Position numbers and translations under genes: made by a program. The notes under the pieces are model-generated. The model was given only the letters and a program-made list of their open reading frames with translations, made no database searches and was not told the origin of the DNA. Of a DNA stretch of 64,000 nt, positions 29,848 to 41,738 are shown piece by piece. Position 1 is the stretch's first letter, and each line of letters starts with the position of its first letter. This DNA is from an uncultured Bacteroidota bacterium (GTDB lineage Bacteria > Bacteroidota > Ignavibacteria > UBA10030 > UBA6906): positions 1,728,001 through 1,792,000 of the forward strand of contig CAVOYH010000003.1 in the NCBI GenBank assembly GCA_963700635.1, in the 5' to 3' direction.

Positions 29848-30897
29848 ATGAGCGCCCGAAAACCCCTGCGTATAATCAACAGCGTTGCCCCCATACGCAT
29901 CGTCGATAATGGAGGGTGGACCGACACGTGGTTTGCCGGGCACGGAAAGATCTTCAACATCGGCGTCTATCCGTATGCCGAGGTGCAGATTGAGGTCTTT
30001 CCTTCCGACGGGACGGACGAGCGCGTGATCATCCAGGCGGAGAATTTCGGGGACAGATACGCCGTGGCGCCCGAGCACGCCGTCTGGAACAGGCATCCGC
30101 TCCTTGAAGCCGCGATCCACCATATGAAGGTCCCTTCTGAACTCTCCCTTCAGGTCAGCATCTATTCCGAGGCTCCTGCGGGTGCATCCACCGGGACATC
30201 AGCAGCGGTGTCCGTGGCGTTACTCGGGGCATTGGATCGGCTCACACCCGGCCGGATGACACCGCACGAGGTGGCGCTTGCCGCGCACCACGTGGAGATG
30301 AATATGCTCAATCTGCAATGCGGCATCCAGGACCAGCTCTGTTCCGCGTACGGGGGGATCAACTATATCGAAATGCGTCAGTTTCCGTGGGCCGCGGTGT
30401 CGCAAATCCAGGTCCCCAACAGCACATGGTGGGAACTGGAGCGTCGTCTGGTTCTGATCTACCTCGGGCGATCTCACGACTCCACGGCCATCCACCGGAA
30501 AGTGATTCACGAGCTTGAACACGAAGGTCCTGAAAGCCCCCGGCTTGAAGCCCTGAGAGGGACTGCGGAGAAGTCGCGCGATGCGGTGTACGAGGGTGAC
30601 TTCGATGCATTCGGCCGGGCGATGATTGAGAACACCGATGCGCAGGCGCGTCTTCACCCGGAACTGGTCAGCGTTGATGCATCCCGCGTCATCGAGATCG
30701 CACGCCACCACGGTGCAGTCGGATGGAAAGTGAATGGCGCCGGAGGTCCCGGCGGCTCGGTGACTATCCTGATGGGCGACCTCTCGATGGCCAAGCGGCA
30801 GATGATACGGGATGTGGAAGGAGCCGATCCACTCTTCAGAAACATCCCTTTGTATCTCAGCAGGTTCGGTCTCCGCACGTGGGAAGGAACCGTGTGA
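29848..30897 (+). CDS. GHMP-family sugar kinase (HddA/fucokinase-like)
   Basis: APIRIVDNGGWTD, PAGASTGTSAA, GIQDQ, YGG, KVNGAGGPGG. Confidence 0.88.
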   Translation: MSARKPLRIINSVAPIRIVDNGGWTDTWFAGHGKIFNIGVYPYAEVQIEVFPSDGTDERVIIQAENFGDRYAVAPEHAVWNRHPLLEAAIHHMKVPSELSLQVSIYSEAPAGASTGTSAAVSVALLGALDRLTPGRMTPHEVALAAHHVEMNMLNLQCGIQDQLCSAYGGINYIEMRQFPWAAVSQIQVPNSTWWELERRLVLIYLGRSHDSTAIHRKVIHELEHEGPESPRLEALRGTAEKSRDAVYEGDFDAFGRAMIENTDAQARLHPELVSVDASRVIEIARHHGAVGWKVNGAGGPGGSVTILMGDLSMAKRQMIRDVEGADPLFRNIPLYLSRFGLRTWEGTV

Positions 30898-30900
30898 CCG

Positions 30901-31890
30901 ATGCTGATCCCATTGCTCGCGGTATCCGCTGTAGTTCCCTCTGCGCTGCTGGTGTGGTATTTTCATGCACGTGATCTCTACCCCGAACCACCGCGCGTCC
31001 TCTGGGCCACATTCGGCCTGGGCGTGCTGTCGGTTTTTCCCGTCCTTGCAATCGGCATCCCGCTCCAGGAATCCGTGGACCTCGTTGCAAACCCCGTCTC
31101 AGCAGGGGTTCTCGGCGCGCTCTTTGTCGCCGCCATTCCCGAAGAACTTGCGAAGCTGAGTGTTCTCCTCGGGTACACGAAGCGCCACCAGGCCTTTGAC
31201 GAGCCAATGGATGGCGTTGTGTATGGCGTCGTGGCGTCGCTCGGGTTCGCGACGCTGGAAAATCTTCTCTTTGTTTTCGATGGAGGGCTGACTGTCGCGC
31301 TCTCGCGGGCCTTTACGGCGGTCCCCCTGCATGCATTCGTGGGAGCAATTCTGGGGTACTACGTCGGTCAGGCCCGGTTCCTTCCCCACAAGCAGCGGTC
31401 TCTGATTCTGAAGGGGTATGGCATAGCCGTCCTTCTCCACGCGTGTTACGATTTTCCTCTGATGACCATGGCGGCTGTGGACGACGCCTCGACTGCGGCG
31501 CTCCTTGCGATGTTTACGGTGGTCGTGCTCCTCGTCTGCTGGTTCTGGGCGGTGCGCCTTGTCAACCGCCTTCGCCGTGCCCAGCGTGCAGGGATTGCTG
31601 TAACGCCGGACCTCAACACGGATTCAGGAGAGGTGTCGTTCCGTCCGGCCATCAGGCAGCGGGCGACGGCGATTGGACTCCTGCTTGGAGGGGGGGTGAT
31701 TGCAACCATGGGTGGTATGGTGACCCTGGGCCTCCTGCTGGCCTTTCTGCTCGATGCAGTGAGCGGGGATCACACCACGGATGTTCTTGTGGGCGGCTCG
31801 GTGATAGGAGTCCTGCCACTTGTGCTCGGGGCCTGGATCTTCATCCGCGGAGTGAAGCGTCTGAATCGGCGTCCCGTTCCTGCGGACTAG
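30901..31890 (+). CDS. PrsW-family intramembrane metalloprotease
   Basis: PEELAK, FDEPMDG, GFATLEN, PLHA, LHACYD. Confidence 0.9.
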   Translation: MLIPLLAVSAVVPSALLVWYFHARDLYPEPPRVLWATFGLGVLSVFPVLAIGIPLQESVDLVANPVSAGVLGALFVAAIPEELAKLSVLLGYTKRHQAFDEPMDGVVYGVVASLGFATLENLLFVFDGGLTVALSRAFTAVPLHAFVGAILGYYVGQARFLPHKQRSLILKGYGIAVLLHACYDFPLMTMAAVDDASTAALLAMFTVVVLLVCWFWAVRLVNRLRRAQRAGIAVTPDLNTDSGEVSFRPAIRQRATAIGLLLGGGVIATMGGMVTLGLLLAFLLDAVSGDHTTDVLVGGSVIGVLPLVLGAWIFIRGVKRLNRRPVPAD

Positions 31891-31893
31891 CCG

Positions 31894-33620
<1,727 letters not shown>

Positions 33621-33631
33621 TCACGGTCGCG

Positions 33632-33682
33632 GTGATATGGCAATGTCACTGTAAGTATATGCACTCTCGTGGCAGGAATCAA
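33632..33682 (-). promoter_or_regulatory. Sigma-70 promoter with candidate operator
   Basis: Minus TTGATT-17-TATACT; imperfect palindrome GTGATAT-GGCA-ATGTCAC (33632-33649) over the expected start site. Confidence 0.55.
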
Positions 33683-33774
33683 GACGGGGGATCGGGAGCT
33701 GCCGACGTGTGGTATGCCGGGGTTCCCGATGCTCGCACACCGATTGCTGGAGACCCGGGAGCGCCGCATGCGCG

Positions 33775-35256
33775 TCACTCGATTCCCGCCATCATCCTCA
33801 GCAATCGATCCTGTGTCGATTCCTCCCGGGGAAGCTCACCCACGATCCTGCCACCGCGCATGACCAGGATGCGCGTGGAAAGGTGCAAGAGCTCGGGGAG
33901 TTCCGACGAGATCAGGACAATGCCCATCCCCCTCTGGGCAAGGGCATCGATGAGCGCGTGAATTGCCGCTTTGGCCCCCACGTCCACCCCGCGTGTCGGC
34001 TCATCCAGAATCAGTACACGCGAGGATCGTGAAAGCCACTTTGCCAGCACGATTTTCTGTTGATTGCCCCCGCTCAGACTTGATGCCGGCGCGTCATATC
34101 CGGAGGCTCTGATGGAGAGGTCTGCAAATGCGGATCGGAGCATCTCCCTCTCGCGCTTTCTGTCGATGAACAGAAAACGGCGCAACCGGTCGAGCTGAGT
34201 CAGCGAAAAGTTGATCCGGCACGAGAGTCCAAGAGCAAGCCCCTGCCGCTTCCGGTCTTCCGGGACAAGCCCGAGGCCGGCGGCAATGCGCCTCCGCAAC
34301 GATTGTCCCATCAGTTCGTTCCCGTCAAGGACCACGGAGCCGGTTGCCTGCCTGTCGAGTCCGAGCACGGCAGCAGCCACTTCACTCCGCCCCGAGCCGA
34401 CAAGTCCGGCGAAGCCGACGATCTCCCCGGCACGGACGCTGAAGCTGACACCTTCGAAGCGTCCGGGCGAGGAGAGGGAATCTATCTCCAGGAGCTGTTG
34501 TGCAGCGGGCGCTGCGGCATGCCGTGGGAAATACGCCTCGAGCTCGCGGCCGATCATCATCCGGATCACCGTGTCCTGGTCGGCGTCACTCCGCTGGAGC
34601 GAACCAACAAACCGGCCATCACGGAGAACCGTGATGCTGTCGCACAGGTCGAACACTTCAGCCATACGATGCGAGACATAGAGAATCGTGACACCTCCGG
34701 CCTTCAGTCGGCCGATCAGGTCGAACAGGTGCCGTGTTTCCCCTTCAGAGAGTGCGCTCGTCGGCTCGTCGAACACCAGAATATCCGCGCCCGTCCCGAC
34801 GGCCGCGGCGATCTGGACGACCTGCTGGCGCGCAACCGGGAGGTCGCGCATGGGCGTGCGCGGATCGACGTCCGCTCCGATATCCCGCAGCATCTCCCGT
34901 GCCTTCTCCGCCATTGCCGTGCGGCTCAGGAAAACGCGTGTCTTCGTGGGATAGCGGCCCAGACAGAGGTTCTCGGCAACAGAAAGATCCGGGCAGAAGG
35001 CGAGCTCCTGATGGACCATCCCGATCCCTGCATGACGGGCGTCACGCGGCGTGGCAAACCGGACCGTCTCTCCGTCTATCACCATCCTCCCCCGGTCGGG
35101 CCTGTGGATGCCCGCCAGCACTTTGGCGAGGGTCGTTTTCCCCGCGCCGTTCTCGCCCATCAGGGCGTGAACCCGGGCTCGTTCGAGGGAAAACGAGACG
35201 TTGTCGAGGGCGGTCGTGCCTCCGAAGGTTTTTGTGATGCTGTCGAAACTGATCAT
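33775..35256 (-). CDS. Sugar ABC ATP-binding protein (RbsA-like, two NBDs)
   Basis: GENGAGKTT, DEPTSAL, LSGGNQQK, DEPTRGVDVGAK. Confidence 0.95.
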   Translation of the reverse strand: MISFDSITKTFGGTTALDNVSFSLERARVHALMGENGAGKTTLAKVLAGIHRPDRGRMVIDGETVRFATPRDARHAGIGMVHQELAFCPDLSVAENLCLGRYPTKTRVFLSRTAMAEKAREMLRDIGADVDPRTPMRDLPVARQQVVQIAAAVGTGADILVFDEPTSALSEGETRHLFDLIGRLKAGGVTILYVSHRMAEVFDLCDSITVLRDGRFVGSLQRSDADQDTVIRMMIGRELEAYFPRHAAAPAAQQLLEIDSLSSPGRFEGVSFSVRAGEIVGFAGLVGSGRSEVAAAVLGLDRQATGSVVLDGNELMGQSLRRRIAAGLGLVPEDRKRQGLALGLSCRINFSLTQLDRLRRFLFIDRKREREMLRSAFADLSIRASGYDAPASSLSGGNQQKIVLAKWLSRSSRVLILDEPTRGVDVGAKAAIHALIDALAQRGMGIVLISSELPELLHLSTRILVMRGGRIVGELPREESTQDRLLRMMAGIE

Positions 35257-35294
35257 GTGCCGGGAGGATGTGAGTGTTCGATCAGGATACGTTC

Positions 35295-35359
35295 AAGGTA
35301 GGAAGTAGGAGCGACAAGCGCAAAGTGTGCTTGCTTCGGTCGGTCGCTTTTCGTAGCAT
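35295..35359. promoter_or_regulatory. Divergent sigma-70 promoters
   Basis: Minus TTGCGC-17-TACCTT; plus TTGCTT-17-TAGCAT. Confidence 0.45.
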
Positions 35360-35427
35360 GTGGAGGATTCCGCCGTATGCATGGAACACACCGTTCGTTA
35401 TTGCCCCTCGAGCAGTGAAAGGATAGT

Positions 35428-37188
35428 ATGCACACCATCGACTGGTTGATTCTCGTTCTGTACTTTGTCGGGAGCGGAGCGGTGGGGCTCTACTACGCCC
35501 GTCGTGCGGGGAAGAACACCCAGGAATTCTTCCTCTCCGGACGGAGCCTTCCCTGGTGGCTGGCGGGGACGTCAATGGTGGCAACCACGTTTGCGGCAGA
35601 CACGCCCCTGGCCGTCACCGAACTGGTTGCCCGGAATGGTATCGCCGGCAACTGGCTCTGGTGGAATTTTCTCTTCGGCGGCATGTTGACGGTCTTCTTT
35701 TTTGCGCGACTCTGGCGGCGGGCGGGGATCATGACGGACGTGGAGTTTGTGGAGCTGCGCTACTCGGGGAAGCCGGCTGCGTTTCTCCGCGGCTTCCGGG
35801 CGCTGTACCTCGGCATTTTCATGAACTGCATCATCATGGCATGGGTCAACCTTGCTATGGCCGCCATCCTCGAGGGGATGTTCGGCATCCCGCGAGAACA
35901 GGTCATGCTGTACGTTGCCCTTGCCCTGGGACTGACAGCGATCTATTCGGCCATGTCCGGACTCTGGGGTGTGGCTGTGACAGACGTGATTCAGTTTGTC
36001 CTTGCCATGGCAGGGTGCATTGTGCTTGCAGTCGTGGTACTTGATCTGCCCGCAATCGGCGGCATGTCCGGACTCCGCGAGAAACTTCCCGAGTGGAGTA
36101 TGCAGTTTCTTCCGCAGATCAGTGCCGAAACGACGCCAGGGAGTGTTGGTACGACACTGGCATTGAGTGTGGCGGCATTTCTGGCCTATGTCGGCGTCCA
36201 GTGGTGGGCCTCCTGGTATCCCGGGGCCGAGCCGGGCGGCGGCGGGTACGTCGCCCAGCGGATGATGTCTGCGAAAGATGAGAAGCACTCACTGTTTGCA
36301 ACGCTCTGGTTCACGATTGCCCACTATTGTATCCGGCCCTGGCCCTGGATCATAGTGGGACTCGCGTCGCTGGTCCTCTATCCCAACCTCGGTCCTGAAG
36401 AAAAACGTCTTGGCTTTGTGTACGCTATGCGCGACTATCTGCCGACAGGCCTGAAGGGACTCCTCGTGGCATCGTTCTTTGCCGCGTTCATGTCGACCAT
36501 TGCCACACAACTGAACTGGGGAACGTCGTATATTATCAACGATTTTTACAGGAGGTTTATCCGGCCCGATGCCGCGGAACGCCATCTCGTGGGAGTCTCA
36601 CGGATCACCACGATTCTGATTATGGCGGTTTCGCTCATCGTGACAAGTTTCCTGCAGACAATCTCGGGAGCATGGTCGTTCATTATTGAGGCGGGAGCGG
36701 GGCTGGGCCTCGTCCTGATCCTGCGCTGGTACTGGTGGCGAATCAATGCCTGGAGTGAAATCACGGCAATGATCATGCCTATTGTCGTGCTGGCCCTCAT
36801 GCCTCTGGTCTTCACGGTGCAATTCCCCGAGTCGCTGTTCGTGATCGTCGGTGTCACCACGGTCTCATGGATCGTCGTGACGTTCATGACAAAACCCGTC
36901 ACATCTGAGAAGCTCCGGGAGTTCTACAGGCGCGTGCACCCGGGGGGTGCCGGGTGGCGGGTCATTGCGGAGCAGGTACCGGATGTGAGGGGGGATACGG
37001 GATTTGCCGGACTGTTTATCAACTGGATTGCCGGAATCGTGCTGGTCTACACCATGCTCTTCGGTGTCGGAAAGGTGATTCTCGGCGACACCGGGGCTGG
37101 CCTTGTCTACCTTGCCATCGGACTTCTTGCGGGCCTTGTGATCTGGCGCGACCTCTCCCGCAGAGGCTTCGAAAAAGTGGTTCAGTAA
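35428..37188 (+). CDS. Sodium:solute symporter (SSS family)
   Basis: FFLSGRSLPWW, SMVATTF, QRMMSAKDE, AAFMST; many TM helices. Confidence 0.93.
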   Translation: MHTIDWLILVLYFVGSGAVGLYYARRAGKNTQEFFLSGRSLPWWLAGTSMVATTFAADTPLAVTELVARNGIAGNWLWWNFLFGGMLTVFFFARLWRRAGIMTDVEFVELRYSGKPAAFLRGFRALYLGIFMNCIIMAWVNLAMAAILEGMFGIPREQVMLYVALALGLTAIYSAMSGLWGVAVTDVIQFVLAMAGCIVLAVVVLDLPAIGGMSGLREKLPEWSMQFLPQISAETTPGSVGTTLALSVAAFLAYVGVQWWASWYPGAEPGGGGYVAQRMMSAKDEKHSLFATLWFTIAHYCIRPWPWIIVGLASLVLYPNLGPEEKRLGFVYAMRDYLPTGLKGLLVASFFAAFMSTIATQLNWGTSYIINDFYRRFIRPDAAERHLVGVSRITTILIMAVSLIVTSFLQTISGAWSFIIEAGAGLGLVLILRWYWWRINAWSEITAMIMPIVVLALMPLVFTVQFPESLFVIVGVTTVSWIVVTFMTKPVTSEKLREFYRRVHPGGAGWRVIAEQVPDVRGDTGFAGLFINWIAGIVLVYTMLFGVGKVILGDTGAGLVYLAIGLLAGLVIWRDLSRRGFEKVVQ

Positions 37189-37202
37189 GAAAGGGCTTTG
37201 TG

Positions 37203-40200
37203 ATGCGTGACCGCCGTCTGCCGTCGTTTCTGATACATGCAATGATTCCGGTGTTCTGCTGGACTCTCACAGCATTTGCCGATGTTCCTGGAATCAAAAT
37301 CCCGAACGGTGATTTTGAAGTTGCGGGGAAGGAGGGGCTTCCGCTCCACTGGTCCCGCGTCGGGGACCCCACGGCGCCTGCTCCCCGGATCGCTCTGGAC
37401 GGTACGATCAAACACGCCGGCTCGGGCAGCGTGGCGTTTGAGAATACCGGTCCCGCGATGTCCGTCCTTGAGTCCTCTCCGCTGACGCTGACGGTCGGCC
37501 ACTTGTATCGACTGTCGGGGTGGGTGCGCACGGAACGGGCCGTTGCGGATCCCACCTCCCGCTATCCAACGGCGGTGGCTGCCACGCTCACCATGGCGTC
37601 GTTTCCGTTCACCAATCACGCGCCCGTAACGGGCGGCACGCAGGACTGGCGCGCCATCGAAGTCCTGTTCTTCGCTACGACAACGGAGGACCGTGTCCGC
37701 CTGCATCTCGGTCTCAACGGCACGGCGACAGGCCGGGCCTGGTTCGATGACGTCACTGTCGAGGAAGTGAACGACATTGGTACCGCTATCCCGCTGGAAA
37801 CAGTCAAATGGTATGGACCGGCGTTCCGATACCAGGAGAACGGGTGGATCATCGTGCACTGCGAAGGCGAGCCGTACGAGAGGGGATACCAGTACGGTCA
37901 CCTCGTGGCGGACGAACTGGTTGCGTACATGAGCAAACTCGCCGTGCGAAAGAATCCTGAGAGTCCGCGCGACGGGTGGAACGATCTCCGGACGCTTACG
38001 GATGCGCTTATGCTCCGCAAGTTCGATCAGGAATATCTCGAAGAAATGCGCGGCATTGCCGATGGCGCAGCCGGCGCAGGAGCGTCATACGCGGGACGAA
38101 CGGTGGACTTCCTCGATGTCGTGACCGTGAATTCCGTCGTCGATATCGGGCAGATGGGGAGTGCGCTCGGAGTGACTCCGCACCCGCTTAGCGGCAGGAG
38201 TTTCGCCAAGGAAGAGGAGGAGGCGCAGGCTGCGGAACGGTTGCATAAATGCTCTTCGTTTCTCGCGAACGGTCCCGCAACACGCGACGGGAAGATCGTT
38301 TTCGGACAGCTCTTCATGTGGAACGGCTATACGGGGGTCCACTGGGACGTGATCTGCGACGTGGTGCCGTCGAAGGGGCACCGCCTCGTCTACGAGACCT
38401 TCCCCGGAGGGATCCACTCAGGGGCAGACTTCTATATTAACGATGCGGGAATCATGATCGGGGAAACGACCGTCATGCAGACTCCATTCAATGCCGGGGG
38501 AACGCCGCAATCCTCGCGGATCCGCAAGGCCGCACAATACGCGTCCAGCATTGACGATGTCGTCCGCATTCTCACCACCGACAATAATGGTCTGTATACC
38601 AATGACTGGCTGATCGGTGATACCAAGACGAGCGAAACCGCCATACTCCTGCTCGGTACGAAGAAGCACAAACTCTGGCGGAGTACACGAAATGACTTTC
38701 CCGGCGGAACGACCGGATTCTACTGGAGCGTGAACAACGCCAAGGACCCTGACGTCCGCACGGAATACGTCGCAAACGCCTCGAATGCCCCGTATGACGT
38801 CGTCTATGGCAATGTGAACCGGGATCTTGCGTTCACGCAGTACTACCAGCGCGAGAAGGGGAAGATTGACGGGATCAGTGCGGTCAACATCATGGCAACG
38901 TCCCCGATCAACAGGCCGCATGCCTGTGACGGTAAGATAACGACGTCGGAGATGGCGTCGCACATGATGTTCCTTGCCCACTACGGAAAAGTGACGCTGC
39001 GTGAAAAGGTTGTCGAGAAGGGGAGCCGCCTCATGCAGGACCTTCCCGATGCCATTCCACACCTGACCCTGGGGTATACCGTCATCAATCCGGTGTACGT
39101 CGCAGATCAGTTGAAGGGACGGCGGGTAGCCCCGGTGGAGCCCGCCAGGCGCGCGGACGACTTCTCTTCCGTCGACAGCCTGTACACGCTCGAGCAGGAA
39201 CGACTCTGGACGAACACCGTGTATCCGGCCTCGGATGCGGACAACTGGTTTGTGAGCGGCACCGCTGCGTACTGGCAGATGCTCCACGGACTTCCCCCGG
39301 CATCCGGAGCCGCAGCCACGAAGCTGAAGGATGGCCTCGCTGATCTCAGTTGCCGCCTGACGCACACGATGGCAACCGAGGGGGGGATCACGCCGCTCAG
39401 GGCCCAACGGGTCTACGACCGGTACAACAACTATCTCATTCCACGGATCCGCGGAACGTACGCCCTCCACCAGATGCGCATGCAGCTCGGGAATGACACA
39501 TTCCTCAGGGTGATGAATGCGGTACACGGCCGCTATCGCGAACTGCCGATGACTACCGCGCAATTCATCACACTGGCGGAGCAGATTGCCGGGACCCAGG
39601 TCAGGCCGATCATCATGCCGTGGATCGGCCGCGATGATCTCCCCGATTGCTCGGTCAACGCAGTTGTGGCAGCCGGGAAGGAGGGATGGCATGTAACCCT
39701 CAGGGTGCGGCAAAGGGGTGAGCCGTTTCGATTCAGGACCACCGTTGCCCTGCAGACGGCGCAGAAGGTGTACTGGCGGGACGTGATGATTGATGGCCCC
39801 GATGTTACTGTTGACCTCACGGTCCCGGCACAACCGGAACGTGTGCTGTTCAACGCGGGGAACGACATCCCGGTGAAACGGTCCGCATACGCAACGTTTT
39901 CCAATTACTTCGACGATTTCAGTACGGGGATTATCGTGTACGGGACAACACGGAGAATCGAGGCGAACCATACGGCGGCATTGAAGTGGCAGACCGTGCT
40001 CGCCGATCAGTTTGTGGAGCATCTCCCGCGCGTGGTGCAGGACGCGGAAGTCTCACCGGAGATGGCGGCGTCGCACGACCTCCTCATGCTCGGCGGCAGT
40101 GCCGACAATGCGCTCGTGGCTGACATTGCCCTCAGGGCCGGTCTGGTTCTGGGCCGGAATCAGTTCACGTGGCAGGGAAAGCGGTACGTGGACACTGACG

Positions 40201-40409
40201 ATGGTCTGTTCGTTGCCTTCGCCAGCCCCTACAATCCCTCGCGGACGGTGTACCTCATGGCCGGCAACAGTGCGCTCGAGCAGTATCACATGACCAAGCG
40301 CTTTCAGCCGCTGCCGTCATGGGCGATCTTCAAAGGGGAGACGGTGGTGGAAAAGGGGTATCATGGAGTGGAGGAGCTCGTCGTTGACGTCGTGGGGGCG
40401 AAGGAGTAG
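37203..40409 (+). CDS. Secreted multidomain Ntn hydrolase (CBM-like + C45/phospholipase B-like + M1-derived domains)
   Basis: Signal peptide; IPNGDFE...AWFDDV jelly-roll; GEPYERGYQYG...EMRGIADG...HK|CSSF autoprocessing Cys; later M1-like helical segment without HEXXH. Confidence 0.8.
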   Translation: MRDRRLPSFLIHAMIPVFCWTLTAFADVPGIKIPNGDFEVAGKEGLPLHWSRVGDPTAPAPRIALDGTIKHAGSGSVAFENTGPAMSVLESSPLTLTVGHLYRLSGWVRTERAVADPTSRYPTAVAATLTMASFPFTNHAPVTGGTQDWRAIEVLFFATTTEDRVRLHLGLNGTATGRAWFDDVTVEEVNDIGTAIPLETVKWYGPAFRYQENGWIIVHCEGEPYERGYQYGHLVADELVAYMSKLAVRKNPESPRDGWNDLRTLTDALMLRKFDQEYLEEMRGIADGAAGAGASYAGRTVDFLDVVTVNSVVDIGQMGSALGVTPHPLSGRSFAKEEEEAQAAERLHKCSSFLANGPATRDGKIVFGQLFMWNGYTGVHWDVICDVVPSKGHRLVYETFPGGIHSGADFYINDAGIMIGETTVMQTPFNAGGTPQSSRIRKAAQYASSIDDVVRILTTDNNGLYTNDWLIGDTKTSETAILLLGTKKHKLWRSTRNDFPGGTTGFYWSVNNAKDPDVRTEYVANASNAPYDVVYGNVNRDLAFTQYYQREKGKIDGISAVNIMATSPINRPHACDGKITTSEMASHMMFLAHYGKVTLREKVVEKGSRLMQDLPDAIPHLTLGYTVINPVYVADQLKGRRVAPVEPARRADDFSSVDSLYTLEQERLWTNTVYPASDADNWFVSGTAAYWQMLHGLPPASGAAATKLKDGLADLSCRLTHTMATEGGITPLRAQRVYDRYNNYLIPRIRGTYALHQMRMQLGNDTFLRVMNAVHGRYRELPMTTAQFITLAEQIAGTQVRPIIMPWIGRDDLPDCSVNAVVAAGKEGWHVTLRVRQRGEPFRFRTTVALQTAQKVYWRDVMIDGPDVTVDLTVPAQPERVLFNAGNDIPVKRSAYATFSNYFDDFSTGIIVYGTTRRIEANHTAALKWQTVLADQFVEHLPRVVQDAEVSPEMAASHDLLMLGGSADNALVADIALRAGLVLGRNQFTWQGKRYVDTDDGLFVAFASPYNPSRTVYLMAGNSALEQYHMTKRFQPLPSWAIFKGETVVEKGYHGVEELVVDVVGAKE

Positions 40410-40469
40410 CCCCTGTCTTGTTCCCCGGCCCCCGTGCCTGCTACGCCGCGGCGCTCGGGGCGCGGCCCT

Positions 40470-41219
40470 TCATCCTCTCGCAGCCACGACCCCCGTGGCC
40501 AGCGTTGTCGACATCATCGCCCAGACTTCCTGGTTCAGCTGGTGCGCATCCCGGCCGTGGAAGGATTCCGGAAAAAGGGGCGGGAGAATGCGGACGCGCA
40601 TCCTCTGCCGTCCCCGCAGCATGAATCCCCGTTTTGGCAATGCTTCCGATGTCCCGCTGATCACGATCGGTAGGACCGGGCTTCCAGTGCGCACGGCAAG
40701 CTCGAAAGCCCCGTCCTTGAAGCTCCGCATCCTGCCATCCGGAGAGCGAGTCCCCTCGGGGAACATCATGATGGAGTTTCCTTCAAGCAAGGCCTTCTCG
40801 CAGTCGCGCATCATCTGCAGATTTCCCCGAACAGAACCGCGCGCAATGCTGATGTACCGGTTGAGCGACATGTTCCATCCTATCAGCGGAATGCGGAAGT
40901 TCTCCGCCTTGGAAACCCACTTGTAATGCGTCCGAAGGCGGAACAGGAGGAAGATGTCGGCGAACGATTGGTGATTTGCCACCATCACGCAGGGCGAGCG
41001 CTGCCGAAGGTGTTCCGTCCCGGAAATGTCCACGATCCAGAGCGGATTGCACCAGGTATACAGCGATCCCCAGAACGAGGTGAACCTGTGGAGCACGGTA
41101 AGGCGGTGATCAAAGGGGGCGCTGACCAGCCGTATCACGACGGCGGCAGGAAACAGGAGCAGGGACGTGAGCGCCATGAAGCTCCAGAAGTACGCCGTGA
41201 TGGCAAGCGCCCCCATCAC
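40470..41219 (-). CDS. 1-acyl-sn-glycerol-3-phosphate acyltransferase (PlsC family)
   Basis: NHQSFAD, FPEGTRS, FKDGAF. Confidence 0.92.
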   Translation of the reverse strand: MMGALAITAYFWSFMALTSLLLFPAAVVIRLVSAPFDHRLTVLHRFTSFWGSLYTWCNPLWIVDISGTEHLRQRSPCVMVANHQSFADIFLLFRLRTHYKWVSKAENFRIPLIGWNMSLNRYISIARGSVRGNLQMMRDCEKALLEGNSIMMFPEGTRSPDGRMRSFKDGAFELAVRTGSPVLPIVISGTSEALPKRGFMLRGRQRMRVRILPPLFPESFHGRDAHQLNQEVWAMMSTTLATGVVAARG

Positions 41220-41705
41220 TTATTCGCTCTTCCTGCGGAAGAACACCCCGAGGACCAGGGAGAACACGAGCCCGGTGACGAGCGTGCCGGCAACGCCGGA
41301 GATGGCCTGCATCACGGGTGTCTGCATGACTGCGCCGGCGTCGACCGCACGCGAGATTTCCTCTTCGGCCATTCCGCCCTGACGGAGGATTTCGGTGTGG
41401 ATCGCGCGGAGATCCTGGAAGTAGTGTGGGAACACAACGGTGGTAAACAGCAGCGACCCGAAGAAAATGATCACCGCGCCGACGACCGACAGGATCAGTC
41501 CGTTGACGATCTGCTTGCCGTAGGCTGCGCCTTCCGCCGCGGTCTTCCGGAACGCCCAGATCATGACACCGAGCTGGATCAGGATTACCACGAAGAACAG
41601 ATTCAGCAGGACAGGGTCCTTGTACCAGCCCGTGAATCCAATGACGAACGTCCAGGCAACCGTAAGAAGACCGAGCAGGATTCCGCCTTTGACTGGAGTG
41701 CTCAT
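41220..41705 (-). CDS. DUF4199-like membrane protein
   Basis: 4 TM helices with a soluble loop before the last helix. Confidence 0.75.
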   Translation of the reverse strand: MSTPVKGGILLGLLTVAWTFVIGFTGWYKDPVLLNLFFVVILIQLGVMIWAFRKTAAEGAAYGKQIVNGLILSVVGAVIIFFGSLLFTTVVFPHYFQDLRAIHTEILRQGGMAEEEISRAVDAGAVMQTPVMQAISGVAGTLVTGLVFSLVLGVFFRRKSE

Positions 41706-41738
41706 GGCTGTGGCTCCAACATGTGTATGGGTGGGGGG

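Noticed and set aside
36954-37202. N-terminal extensions in the ORF track (also starts at 2131, 7212, 16600, 29728, 48305)
   Set aside because: They overlap upstream genes or promoters; downstream starts have SD sequences or signal peptides
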